Notes: generated from the letters alone by a model not told the origin. A stretch of DNA of 64,000 nt from Verrucomicrobiota bacterium (GCA_039798785.1 JBDKFG010000020.1:45362-109361), one strand, 5' to 3'. Shown: positions 45,201-51,641, numbered from the stretch's first letter. Numbers and translations: made by a program.

Positions 45201-48039
45201 CGGCTTCTACGGCAGCTTCGCCATCGCCAGCAACGGCACCTGGTCCTACACCCCCAATTCCCTCGCCCAAAGCCTCGCCGCAGGCAGCTCGGTCTCCGAA
45301 GAATTCCTCGTCTCCTCCTACGACCGCAGCGCCTCGCAGACGATCACCGTCACGGTCACCGGCGCCAACGACGCCCCCAGCATCGGCGGCGCCCTCAGCG
45401 CCAGCCTCAGCAAGGACGGCACGCTCTTCGCCACCGGCGACCTCAGCATCAGCGACCCGGACGCCGGCCAATCGCTCTTCCAGGCCCGCAACGGCGTCGC
45501 CGGCAACCTCGGCCGCTTCAGCATCGACGCCGGCGGTTCCTGGACCTACGCCCTCGATTACCTCGATGCCGACACCCAGGCATTGACCAATGGCAGCACC
45601 CGCACCGAAAGCTTCGTCGTCACGTCCGCCGATGGCGCCGCCTCGGTCACTCTCAGCATCACCATCAACGGCGCCGCGACGATCAAGCCGACGACGCACA
45701 TCGACCTCAATGTCAACACCAACCTCAGCAGCGTTCCGGATTATCTCGAAACCGGCTACGGCCTGCTGATCAGCGGCGACGACTCCTCCGACTACCTCGG
45801 CTACAGCGTCAGCGGCCTCGGCGATGTCAACGGCGACGGCTTTGCCGACTTCATCGTCGGCGCCTACCGCGCCGACAGCGGCAGCCGCTACGACTCAGGT
45901 GAAGCCTATGTCTTCTTCGGTCAATCCGGCGGCCTGCCCTCCGACTTCAATCTCAACCTCGATGCCGGCGCCAACGGCACCCCCGACCTGCTCGAATCCG
46001 GCGGCGGCTTCCGCATCAGCGGCGGCAGCAATTACGACTACCTCGGCTATAGCGTCAGCTCCGCCGGCGATGTCAACGGCGACGGCTTCGCCGACATCCT
46101 CGTCGGCGCCTACCTCGCCGATGCCACCGCAGGAGGCACCGACGCCGGCGAAACCTACCTGATCTTCGGCAGCAAGACCCTCCTCGCCAACTACGACCTC
46201 AGCGCCGATGCCGGCCTGATCTCCGGCTCGAATGCCAGCAACGCCGTCCCCGACGTCCTCGAAGGCGGCCGCGGCCTCCGCATCAACGGCGTGACCAACT
46301 ACGACCACAGCGGCTGGAGCGTCCGCAGCGCCGGCGACTTCAACGGCGACGGCTTCGACGATCTCATCCTCGGCGCCCGTTACGCCGACAGCTCGCTCGC
46401 GACCGACAGCGGCGAATCCTACCTGATCTACGGCAAGCCCAGCGGCCTGCCGACCAATCTCGACCTCGCCACCGACAGCGGCATCCTCGGCGGCTCGATC
46501 GCCAACAACGACATCCCCGATTACCTCGAGGCCGGCGGCGGCCTGCGCTTCAGCGGCGACGATGCCTCCGACCACCTCGGCTACTCGGTCAGCTCCGCCG
46601 GCGACATCAACGGCGACGGCTTCGCCGACCTGCTCATCGGCGCGCTCTATCCCGACACCAGCGGCGGCACCGACGCCGGCGAGGTCTACCTGATCTTCGG
46701 CAAAGCCAGCGGCCTGCCGGTCAACTTCGACCTCAACGACGACACCGGTTCGCTCTCCGGCTCGCTCGCCAGCAATGGCATTCCCGACGCCCTCGAAGGC
46801 GGCCGCGGCATCCGTTTCTCCGGCGACGACGCCTACGACTACCTCGGCTACGCCCTCGCCGCCGCCGGCGACTTCAACGGCGACGGTATCGACGACTTCC
46901 TCCTCTCCGCCTACGCCGCCGACCCGGCAGGCGGCGGCGACGCCGGCGAAATCTACCTGATCTACGGCAAGACTTCCGGCTGGACCCAGGATGTCAATCT
47001 CAACCACGACAACGGCTCGCTCGCCGGCTCCACCGCCTCCAACGGCATCCCCGACTTCCTCGACGCCGGCGGCGGCTTCCGCATCACCGGCGACGACAGC
47101 TACGACTACACCGGCGTCAGCCTCAGCTCCGCCGGCGACGTCAACGGCGACGGCCTCGACGACCTGATCTTCGGCGCCCACGGCGGCGACACCAGCGGCG
47201 GCGCCGATGCCGGCGTGACCTATGTCCTCTTTGGCAAAGCCTCCGGCACTCCGGTCAGCGTCGATCTCAACACCGACACCGGCACCCTCTCAGGCTCGAC
47301 CGCCGGCAACGGCATCCCCGACTACCTCGAGGCCGGCAACGGCTTCCGCATCAGCGGCGACGACGCCTATGACTACTCCGGCATCAGCGTCAGCTCCGCC
47401 GGCGATGTCAACGGCGACGGCTTCGCCGATATCCTCGTCGGCGCCTACCAGGCCGATCCCAACGGCGGCGGCGATGCCGGCGAGGCCATCCTGATCTTCG
47501 GCCGCGACTTCAGCAACTCCGGCGCCGTCAAGATCGGCAGCAACCTCAGCGGCACCGCCAGCGCCGAACGCTTCGTCGGCACTTCCGGCAACGACAGCTT
47601 CCTCAACCTCGGCAGCGGCGACTCCTTGAGCAGCGGCGCCGGCGACGACCTGGCGTCGATCGGCGCCTCCGGCTTCCTCAGTCTCGACGGCGGTTTCGGC
47701 AAGGACACCCTGAGCCTCGCCTCCGGCATCAATCTTGACCTCAGCACCCTCGGCAACAGCCGCATCACCGGCTTCGAAGTCATCGACCTGAGCGCCAGCG
47801 GCGCCAATGTCCTGACTCTCGCCAGCCCCGACATCCTGGCCCTGAGCGACAGCATCAACCGTCTCGATCTCGGCACTTCCCTCAAGGTCCACGGCAGCTC
47901 CGCCGACAGCGTCGACCTCGTCGGCGACTTCACCTTCCACGGTCAGCACGTCTTCGACTCGATCACCTACAACCATTATCACAGCAGCAGCAACGACAAC
48001 ATCGACATCCTCATCCAAAGCAGCATCAGCGTCGTCTGA
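30283..48039 (+). CDS. Giant (~5,918 aa) RTX-type adhesin: CSPG/cadherin-like repeats, cadherin, VCBS, putative Ig (He_PIG), four FG-GAP integrin-alpha-like beta-propellers, RTX-like Ca-binding segments
   Basis: 7x FT/SxADxxxGxVxFxH, many G-x-W-T-Y/F VCBS repeats, PAWLSFDP, 28x (G/S)D(V/F/I/L)NxDG, SGAGDD / LDGGxGxDxL. No N-terminal signal peptide. RBS GGAG before ATG 30283. Confidence 0.9.
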   Translation: MALSLHSSVFTHGEGGRIDFSPSSFTLSGLAGLADNLVVFTVSGLSAGEFFVGGTKQNFFTLADLKVAGRVIFQHDGSEAIPSFSLQLSGGGDSSPVIRPLIVFSHVNEAPSASSGAMSLNEGGLLLVTRDMLNGSDLETQDPAALRVEIKSVSGGYFILSGLRVTSFSLADIDAERVAYRHQGADPSPSFSFTVVDPAGGRSSLESRSIHINQLNDAPLVVAKGINIIRGKDSVLTTALLKITDEETTDPSRLIIRPTFLVNASLLVKDTAGVLQAASSFTAKDLADGKVVLRHDGGASAPRFSFKVEDDDGGFSSTINASFRFRDTQAPTGNKAPKISLARIDVKDGQTLTVTGEMIKVTDTFSDAGGILLTVSGLKGGQFYLNGVKATLFTMADIEAGNVRFTHTANQALPSFKIVASDAQGLKSQPFTVSTHVTELNDSAKLWIRPVEIKEGGTVKFTDSQLLVIDGDNLPKPATLKFFVESIAHGQVRLGNLAVQSFTLADVKAGKVSFVHDGSEDAPELQLSLKDLDGNGKVMSSSLVISMSFQFSTANDLPILRGSDLVVSGNSPNSTITLSTDHFDASDAETANPNGLIFKVTSVSNGEFLRYGQATNLFSLADIQEGIVQFRHTGSSGSIAKYSLVVTDVDGGTSTSFSGQTVNDPSVNDDPPVLVLNPIPLVEGGKVLITTAMINATDPDVGTPAAALRFQVSGLSGGSIVKNGFTVDSFTLADIQTGKISFIHDGSNNAPSFQIAVSDGFHSSAAAAASFAFIAVNAAPSDLQLVLNGTYFEGDAGSNLGSLVVTDSDDSSGFTFSVNDARFEIVAGTLRLKADQPPLDFETESSVSLFITATDSGGQSISRSFVLPVSNRNEAPDAIALSNTYVLPGDSGAVVGRVYVHDPDGSSGLSLAISDSRFEVVNNLLKLKSGESLNEGDPAVSLTLTVTDGGGLSFSDSFLITVKPSTLATISGNGNASGSEDTPVISGSLTVSDPDDGESSFRALNASGSHGLFVISANGNWTYAPAASVQALLPGESVADSFTVFSFDGSASKTISIVVNGAADTASISGTFTATIGEDEASGGAAGSLGISDTDAGQANFQTLSSSGTYGSFSLDSAGNWDYQLGSAAQSLAQGANATERFTVRSSDGSASQQISIVINGSNDAPYQDQIIVTERNAPLGQFFSFTLPAGTFIDPEGDLITVTVDNRPAWLSFDPATGTLSGTPGADDIGTANPKIIATDSHGASTSFSLVLSIFNPNNIPVLGGVNSGSLSEDAANVSGTLTIADADAGESFYQAATITKGHGSFSITADGSWTYTPGADAQLLALGQSLIETFVAISQDGSASQAVTINVIGANDGASFSGTFSGSGSEDVTLSGSVSVSDPDAGQSSVQASSREGTLGSFLINAAGAWTFVPGSAAQALLPAQSASESFTVYSADNSASQAITVTVLGANDVPSLGGTLSVSASEDAGTLSGSLTISDADAGQSSFQSLSSSGTYGNLSLASDGSWTYSIQAAAQALGAGQTASDSFTVTSADGTATRTLKITLNGINDVPGIGGTASGSLTEDQASVTGTLTINDADAGQSTFQSLSASGIYGSISLGSNGAWTYLTGAAAQALDANESVSDSFVARSSDGSASQTISISITGVNDAPVVALPLADQTAKQNEAFILDLAGTFNDPDGTALSYSTSTLPSWLSFADGVFSGTPGSTDLNSSVITVTAFDDYEQSVQASFTLSAIAVNHDAVISGSGSASVGEDAASLTGTLSIADVDPGQASFTATTLTGSAGSFSIDAAGAWTYTPSAAAQGLAAGASVIDSFTVYSLDNSASKTISITVNGANDVPVISGTSSGSISEDGAVLSGSLSIVDADASQSSFTAASASSSNGNFSVNVNGLWQFTPKAAAQALGAGENAVENFTVFSSDGSASQVVAVTITGANDAPVVNGGTSASGLVSGPITGTLLVSDPDLNDSLSFAVTAQGSKGTASINSSGAYTYTPSGSAGLDSFTVSINDGHGGLITQVVSITNIAVNQVPTIGGNTSGSGSEDASSINGTLSIVDPDDGQSSFQAATLSGSLGSFVLSSNGAWAFTPGSGAQALLAGASASNSFLVRSFDNSASQSVVITVSGANDVPSIGGVSGASTAANGGSVSGQLTISDADTGQSSFQAKTASGVYGSFSSNTSGAWTFTLSPAATGVLAGSSVTESFVVNSFDGTAQKTVTIVITGPFQADIDFNIDSNSNALPDTLEAGNGFRISGDNGSDGLGHQVAFVGDVNGDGFDDILVGAYQLDTAGGGNAGGAYLIFGKGSAFNAELNLNTDSGLLPGSTASNGIPDLIENGAGILISGDNSSDNTGNAVNAAGDFNGDGFADFLVGARYSEGNGTYDVGTTYLIFGKASGLPSQINLNNDATGNGIPDYIEAGGGIRFGGIDSSDHSGWSVNSAGDVNSDGFDDLLIGAIRADNVDGDGAGEVYLIYGRASGTPANFDLGFDLGITPGSIGGNAIPDLLEGGFGTRILGPDAQEQLGYSVSAAGDINGDGYGDFLIGADLADNATGTDVGQVYLIWGQASGLLANLDLNVDDGALTASTAGNGIPDFLENGGGIRLSGEDQYDHFGSSLGAAGDVNGDGFADFVIGAAYAELAGFSDAGAAYIIYGRASGLPLDMDFSVDLNANDTPDLLESGFGFRLVGDDSSDNLGYYSAVTSAGDVNGDGIDDLIVAAPIADAPSRGNTGEVYILFGKTGGLPVDIRLSVDANSNDLPDYLETGKGLRLRGDDASDYFGHSVSAAGDINGDGFADLLIGVIYGDPSGGGDAGEAIVLYGRDFSQGSANVTLGSSQSGSGVADHFLGSSGNDVFTNLGSGDSASSGAGDDSIAISAAAFLRLDGGTGRDTLILSGGINLDLRSNAMRLQDFETIDLSGSGNDSLTLDRTAVLGLPGSINHSSLATALRVKGAANDSLILSGDFVAKGLSTLDGVIYRQYESSSRPDADVMVQQGVTVTLDANDVAVISGSKTGTVNEDASSVGGSLSITDADAGQGSFLADTIAATYGSFSIAANGVWSFTPNAFAQTLVDGGTAVENFIVRSFDRSASEVVSITVTGSNDPTLISGTNSNSITLDGRVSLAGKLSASDLDASPDQATFQAQTLAGTYGSFSVNKDGGWSYAPDYFDADTRLLLSGTATESFLVRSFDGSASITMSFTLNGATRLPLSDLDLAANANSSTLPDLIEAGYGFRIDGDNANDQLGHNVAILGDVNGDGFDDILVGALLHDLPGANDAGAAYLIFGRASGFAQDYDFNQGLPDGSVKISGGSASDQLGNSVNPAGDFNGDGLVDFLIGARYDDGNGGYDIGSTYLIFGSRSPFASQIDLSLDANGNGLADFIEQGRGIRFSGNDSSDHSGFNVNSAGDVNGDGLDDILIGAIRADNADGDGAGEAYLIYGRASGLPVNFDFSLDAGSYLGSVAGNEVPDLLENGFGSLILGPDAQEQLGYAVSAAGDVNGDGFGDFLISADLADNATGTDTGMVYLIWGKNGQLPANIDLSVDSGALTGSTAGNGVPDFLENGGGILFSGEDANDHLGSSVSAAGDLNGDGFDDFVLGAAYADNLAMYDAGAVYVIYGRASGLPVKFNLSVDAGNNDVPDFLEAGFGFRISGAYYSDALGYYSGVTAAGDVNGDGFEDILVSAYIAESPGRSDSGEAYLLFGKAGGFTTDLKLNVDSNSNDIPDALEGGQGLRIRGPSNYDYFGHSVSGGGDINGDGFDDLIVGALYADTPAGNEAGEAFVIYGRDFTQGGASVKLGSSLAGSASVDHLIGSSGNDVFTNLGSGDSASSGAGDDSLTLASNAFLRVDGGSGRDTLALGSGISLDLSSNLSRIQGFEIIDLAASTFSESLLLDRAAILALPDSRDQNDLGSALRVLGTSSDNLTLAGDFVDRGLVVLGSTSFRHFESSSTPGADVLVQQGLTVTNDSNDLPVFGGVGSGTVNEDDASLSRALTISDADAGEASFLPDSIAAVYGTFAIAANGTWTFTPNAFAQSLNDGQTVTENFFVTSFDRSGSLTVTVTVNGSNDPTVISGATSYSLSLDGRIGLAGNLTATDADADATQAAFTARSLTGTYGSFSVDANGSWFYSPDYQDPDTQALGNGVSAVDSFLVLAKDGASSLSVSFTVTGAAKLPLTLLDFSVNANSNSLPDLVEAGYGFRLAGDNANDSFGHNVALLGDVNGDGFDDLLVGAPLHDQAANDAGAAYLVYGKSSGFAQDYDFNQGVPAGAVKFSGDKASDQLGNSLNAAGDFNGDGLADFLIGARYDDGNGGYDIGSTYLVFGSRSSLPSQISLASDANGNGLPDFIENGGGIRFSGNDSYDWSGFNVNAAGDVNGDGFADILIGAIRADNVDGDGAGEAYLIYGRASGTPANFDLNLDSGVLIGATAGNEVPDLLEAGYGTRFLGPDAQEQLGYAVSAAGDVNGDGFGDFLVSADLADNATGSDTGLVYLVWGQNGKLPANIDLGVDSGSLSGSTASNSIPDFLEAGGGILISGEDASDHLGSSVSAAGDVNGDGFADFIIAARYAERSGSSDNGAAYLIYGRSSGLPVHLDLNLDNASVVGSVASNDLPDYLEAGFGFRLSGDDNSDHLGYYSALSAAGDVNGDGFADLLIAAPYADSPSRYDNGEVYLLFGQAAAFNPNLSLGADANSNGIPDLLDAGKGLLLQGVNNYEHLGHSVSAGSDLNGDGFDDLIIGAIDGDGSGGADTGLAYVIYGRDFSQGGGNVTLASSFTGGANPEHLVGSSGGDNITNIGSGDSVSSGAGDDSIAIASNAFLRLDGGSGRDSLALSAGISLDLSTKLTHVAGFEIIDLAASTLSESLTLSSAAILALPDSRDQSGLNSALRVKGGSGDSVTLVGDFVDKGSFTFDGITYRHLEDGARPAADVLIQNGLTLVIDANDPAVISGTSSGTVSENGPVLNGSLSVVDPDPGQSSFLPDSVSGFYGSFAIASNGTWSYTPNSLAQSLAAGSSVSEEFLVSSYDRSASQTITVTVTGANDAPSIGGALSASLSKDGTLFATGDLSISDPDAGQSLFQARNGVAGNLGRFSIDAGGSWTYALDYLDADTQALTNGSTRTESFVVTSADGAASVTLSITINGAATIKPTTHIDLNVNTNLSSVPDYLETGYGLLISGDDSSDYLGYSVSGLGDVNGDGFADFIVGAYRADSGSRYDSGEAYVFFGQSGGLPSDFNLNLDAGANGTPDLLESGGGFRISGGSNYDYLGYSVSSAGDVNGDGFADILVGAYLADATAGGTDAGETYLIFGSKTLLANYDLSADAGLISGSNASNAVPDVLEGGRGLRINGVTNYDHSGWSVRSAGDFNGDGFDDLILGARYADSSLATDSGESYLIYGKPSGLPTNLDLATDSGILGGSIANNDIPDYLEAGGGLRFSGDDASDHLGYSVSSAGDINGDGFADLLIGALYPDTSGGTDAGEVYLIFGKASGLPVNFDLNDDTGSLSGSLASNGIPDALEGGRGIRFSGDDAYDYLGYALAAAGDFNGDGIDDFLLSAYAADPAGGGDAGEIYLIYGKTSGWTQDVNLNHDNGSLAGSTASNGIPDFLDAGGGFRITGDDSYDYTGVSLSSAGDVNGDGLDDLIFGAHGGDTSGGADAGVTYVLFGKASGTPVSVDLNTDTGTLSGSTAGNGIPDYLEAGNGFRISGDDAYDYSGISVSSAGDVNGDGFADILVGAYQADPNGGGDAGEAILIFGRDFSNSGAVKIGSNLSGTASAERFVGTSGNDSFLNLGSGDSLSSGAGDDLASIGASGFLSLDGGFGKDTLSLASGINLDLSTLGNSRITGFEVIDLSASGANVLTLASPDILALSDSINRLDLGTSLKVHGSSADSVDLVGDFTFHGQHVFDSITYNHYHSSSNDNIDILIQSSISVV
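36961..48039 (+). repeat. Four ~2.9-kb intragenic modules (7-blade FG-GAP propeller + RTX-like + C-terminal-type domain, joined by VCBS pairs)
   Basis: Modules start at ~36961, ~39895, ~42790 and ~45700; each has 7 FG-GAP Ca-loops and ends in DV(M/L)(V/I)QxGxT / DILIQSSISVV. Confidence 0.85.
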
Positions 48040-48402
48040 GCGAAGAAACCGAAAACAAGGATTCCCGCAATCCCCTGATCACCCCTCTCGCCCTTTTGGC
48101 CGGAGAGGTGATCGCTGATTTCTTCCTGCCGGGGCCCTGGCTCTGGGCCATGATCCTAGATTCCACAACTGAAGATTTTGGGGTTTAGTTTGTGCTTGAC
48201 TCCAACGGAGTCGGGGATTTTAGTTCAGGGTTGAGCCGCATCGGCGACACCCTGGGAATGAGACAGTTATGAATTTTTTGGCTTTTCCGGGAAGTTGGTG
48301 GGCTGCCGCTTGGCTTTGCAGTCTTCTAGTGGGACGAGATGTCGTTGATTGGGTTCCGGCTCTGCCTGGAGAGGGGCGGGGGGGCTGAAGCAGGGGTGGA
48401 AT

Positions 48403-49116
48403 CTAGGATGGGGTGACATCTGCTGGATGGATCTTGTTCCTGCTTGATTTCTCAAGCCGAAAATGCAGGGGGATCAGCAGCAGGATGGCCAAGGCCAGTT
48501 TTTGCAGCGCCGCGCCGTAGGTACAGACGAAAATGGCCCATTGAGCCTCGTTGAGCTGCAGCTCGCCCCGAAAGAGCCGGGCGAAATTCGCCGAGAATTG
48601 CGATCTCCGCAAATCCTCGCCGATGGCCGCCAAGAAGAAGCCGAGGGGCGCGGCGATCAGGAGGAAACGGCTGAAGTCGCGCAAGCTATCAAGATTGTGG
48701 CTCCACGAAGAACGGTGGCGGACACAACACCAGATGAGGGCAGCACAGGTGACCAGGTGAAAGAGATGGAGACTCGTCACTTCGAAGGCCAGGCAAGCCG
48801 GGACCAAGGCAAAAAGCGCTCCGTAAAGGCCCAGTTTCTCCAGGAAATTCCGGTCTCTTCTATTCCGCCAGGCGAGAAGTAGGCCTGCCGAAGCCAGAAG
48901 AAGAGGCGTTGCGCAGCCTTCGAATTCGGCCTGGAACTGGAGGGAGAGGCCGATCAGAATCGCCAATCCGCAAGCCAGACGCAGCGGCAGGGAGCTCGGG
49001 CTCAATCGGTAATGATGAGCCAGCAGGCAGATCGCCACCGCCCCGATCTGGAACAGGAGGTATTGGAAGAAGTAAGCCTCGTCACCGGGGCTGACATAGG
49101 AAGAGGCGAGGATCAT
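48403..49116 (-). CDS. Polytopic membrane hypothetical protein (type B, copy 2)
   Basis: Starts MILASS at an ATGA overlap with the 49113 stop; multiple hydrophobic segments; resembles 49453..50202. Confidence 0.65.
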   Translation of the reverse strand: MILASSYVSPGDEAYFFQYLLFQIGAVAICLLAHHYRLSPSSLPLRLACGLAILIGLSLQFQAEFEGCATPLLLASAGLLLAWRNRRDRNFLEKLGLYGALFALVPACLAFEVTSLHLFHLVTCAALIWCCVRHRSSWSHNLDSLRDFSRFLLIAAPLGFFLAAIGEDLRRSQFSANFARLFRGELQLNEAQWAIFVCTYGAALQKLALAILLLIPLHFRLEKSSRNKIHPADVTPS

Positions 49117-49469
49117 GGAGCCCTTCGCGGAGAGGTTTTGAAGCTCAGGAGCAGGCAGAGGAGAAAACCGACCAGGGACCCGCCGAGGATCCAGGGAGCG
49201 GCTTCCGGGATCTGGGGTTCCCGGCTCATCGCCAGAGGCATCGCCATCTCCGAAACCATCGCTCCGACCAGAGCGGCGAACCCCAGGCTGCACAATCGCC
49301 AAGACGCAGGATTCGCACGGGATCGATGTCTGAAGACGATGATCGTCAGGACCAGGAGAAGTGCGGCGCAGCCGCTGGCGCCCAGATCCGGCACCTGGAG
49401 GCACGGAGCGGGCCCATGGCCGTAGGAATCCCAGCTCGGTAGAGTTACGGTTTCAATTTTCATGGACAT
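49113..49469 (-). CDS. Small membrane hypothetical protein (type A, copy 2)
   Basis: WRLCSLGFAAL...PLAMS...ILGGSL; RBS GGGAGA; resembles 50199..50570. Confidence 0.6.
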   Translation of the reverse strand: MSMKIETVTLPSWDSYGHGPAPCLQVPDLGASGCAALLLVLTIIVFRHRSRANPASWRLCSLGFAALVGAMVSEMAMPLAMSREPQIPEAAPWILGGSLVGFLLCLLLSFKTSPRRAP

Positions 49470-50202
49470 CTCCCATCGCTAGTGATGACACTGGGTTTTC
49501 CTGGCGCAGCCCATGAAGCTGCAGGAGGACGAAGACAAGAAGCTGGAGGCCGATGCTGAGGAAGAGATTGGAGAAGCTGAGGATCAACAGGATCTCTTTG
49601 CCGTTCCCCGTCATTGAAGCTAGTCCTTGAAAGGTGTCCCAGGTGTAGAGGATCCAGGAGAGGATCAGAGCGCCGAGCAGGCAGCGGGAGCAGGAACGGA
49701 GCAAGCGAATCGGAAAATCGTCAGAGTTTCCGTGCCGGAGGCATTGCTGCAAAACCAGCCAGGCCAGCAGGCCCTGGAGCAAAATGGCAGGGAGGCTGGA
49801 GAGGGCGAAGATCATCGGGGCGACTCCGATGAGACCGAAGGTCAAAAAGCAGCTTGCTCGAGCTTGGTTTCGGTAGAGGGCGTAATAGCCGAATAGGATC
49901 AGGCCCGAGAAGAAGAAGAAGGCCAAGAGGCATGGGACCAGGATCCTAGTAGGAAGGAACTTGCGATAAAAACTGAGGAAAAGATCAACAAGGAGCATGA
50001 GGGAAACCGGGTTGATCAAGGCGACCAGCACGAGGAACAAGGGCAGAAAAGCCAGGGGGAGGATCACAAGAGGCTGAAAAAGAGGGGGAGCCTGACGGAG
50101 TTTCTTTTCTGACAAGCTCCAGAAGAGGAGGATGCAAAGCAGCAGGAGAATGTGCGAGCCCAAGAGCTCTGGAAAGGAAATGGAGAAGGAGGCGAGAATC
50201 AT
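49453..50202 (-). CDS. Polytopic membrane hypothetical protein (type B, copy 1)
   Basis: Starts MILASF at an ATGA overlap; highly hydrophobic. Confidence 0.65.
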   Translation of the reverse strand: MILASFSISFPELLGSHILLLLCILLFWSLSEKKLRQAPPLFQPLVILPLAFLPLFLVLVALINPVSLMLLVDLFLSFYRKFLPTRILVPCLLAFFFFSGLILFGYYALYRNQARASCFLTFGLIGVAPMIFALSSLPAILLQGLLAWLVLQQCLRHGNSDDFPIRLLRSCSRCLLGALILSWILYTWDTFQGLASMTGNGKEILLILSFSNLFLSIGLQLLVFVLLQLHGLRQENPVSSLAMGDVHEN

Positions 50203-50570
50203 GGCTGAATCTCCCGCGAAAGGAGGGAGGCGAGGAGGCTTAGGGCCGCAGCGAGGAGTGACGCGCCGAGCAGCCCGGCCAGGCTCGAGGACAGTATCGG
50301 GTTTTCACTCAGAGCTAAAGGGCGGATGTACTGAGCGAAGAGCCAGGCGCCAAGCGCGGCGTAGCCCAAGGACAGGAGTCTCCATCGCCGCGATGTTGAG
50401 GCGTCGCGCTGACGGCAAAGCATCGCGACCAGCCAGGCCGAGAGCAGGGCGAAGAGCAGCCAGGAGAGGCCGGGCTGGAGCTCGAAGATCCAGTCTTCGA
50501 TTCGTCGCGGAGGCGTCGGGAAATCCGCCTTGGGAAACTCCGGCATTTCGGGGGCAGGTTCAGGTTTCAT
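50199..50570 (-). CDS. Small membrane hypothetical protein (type A, copy 1)
   Basis: WRLLSLGYAAL...PLALS...LLGASL; RBS GGAG before ATG 50570. Confidence 0.6.
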   Translation of the reverse strand: MKPEPAPEMPEFPKADFPTPPRRIEDWIFELQPGLSWLLFALLSAWLVAMLCRQRDASTSRRWRLLSLGYAALGAWLFAQYIRPLALSENPILSSSLAGLLGASLLAAALSLLASLLSREIQP

Positions 50571-50893
50571 CGGCGGCTCCGTGAAGCATCGGTTTCGGCA
50601 CTGGGAGACAGAGCCCAGAGCAAAGGCGGCGGGCCGAAATCTGCTCTCAGGAAATCCGCCTGCGGCCCGGCTGGAGTCGAGATTGGTTCGATCTTCTCCT
50701 GAAGCATGGCCAACCTCTAATACTTTTGTTGATATCGTTGTTTTCTGACAGTTTAATGCGCATTTTTCCAAATAGCAAGAATTTTTGTTGGGTCAGGCTT
50801 TGAGCTGGAGCGGTTTTGCTCTGGAGAGGTGCCGGCCTTGCATTTTAGCTTTTTGCCTTTTAAGTCCGGCCAAGCAATTCACAAGGTCGACTC

Positions 50894-51583
50894 ATGGATA
50901 AAGAACAAATCGCGCTCGACGGCCCCGCCGCCTCAGGCAAATCCACCCTCGCCAAACGCCTTGCGGACCGCCTTGGCGCCTTTTTTGTCAACACCGGCGA
51001 CATGTATCGCACCCTCACTTGGGTGGCCCTGAACAAAGGGCTGGACCCGACCAAGGACGTCAGCGAAATCACCCGACTGCTGCACTTTGTCGACATCCGT
51101 TATGTTCGTACGCCGGCCGGGACGATGGAGTTGTGGATGGATGACCGTCCGGTCGATCTAGCCAAGGTGCGGGTCGCCGAGGTCACGGCTCAGGTTTCGC
51201 ATGTGGCCAAGATCGGCAATGTCCGCGAGTGGATGGTGTCGCGCCAGCGTCAGGCGGCGCCCTTGGGGCTGTTGGTGATGGAAGGTCGCGACATCGGCAC
51301 GGCCGTATTTCCTCATGCCCGCTACAAGTTCTACGTCACCGCGTCGCCGGAAGTGCGTGCCCGCCGCCGCTTCGCCCAGAGCGGTGAAGTGGCGGACGGC
51401 GCCACTTTTGAGCGCGTCGTTGCCGAGATCGCCGAGCGCGACCGCATCGACATGGAGCGCGAGCACTCGCCCTTGCGTCCAGCGCCTGACGCCATCCCTA
51501 TCGACACTTCCGATCTTGAAATCGAGCAGGTCCTTGATCTTCTGGTCAAGCACATTGAGGGCAAGCGCCCCAAGACGTTCTAG
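50894..51583 (+). CDS. cmk: Cytidylate kinase
   Basis: IALDGPAASGKST, TGDMYR, MEGRDIGTAVFP, RDRIDMEREHSPL. Confidence 0.95.
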   Translation: MDKEQIALDGPAASGKSTLAKRLADRLGAFFVNTGDMYRTLTWVALNKGLDPTKDVSEITRLLHFVDIRYVRTPAGTMELWMDDRPVDLAKVRVAEVTAQVSHVAKIGNVREWMVSRQRQAAPLGLLVMEGRDIGTAVFPHARYKFYVTASPEVRARRRFAQSGEVADGATFERVVAEIAERDRIDMEREHSPLRPAPDAIPIDTSDLEIEQVLDLLVKHIEGKRPKTF

Positions 51584-51641
51584 GGCCATTCTCTGTATTC
51601 CGGAGTCATTCAACATCATTTAACCGCAAGGTTCTTGGGAA

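Noticed and set aside
30154..48039. Long antisense and alternate-frame ORFs (e.g. 34450..38112, 38122..42141, 42742..45699; also 1841..3049, 25837..27381 elsewhere)
   Set aside because: They are shadows of GC-rich codon bias opposite well-supported genes and have no recognisable motifs.
48040..48400. Possible sRNA or promoter (TTGACT, small hairpins) and the 62-aa ORF 48267..48455
   Set aside because: Weak -10, imperfect stems and no supportable family; the ORF overlaps the upstream gene's end and has no motif.
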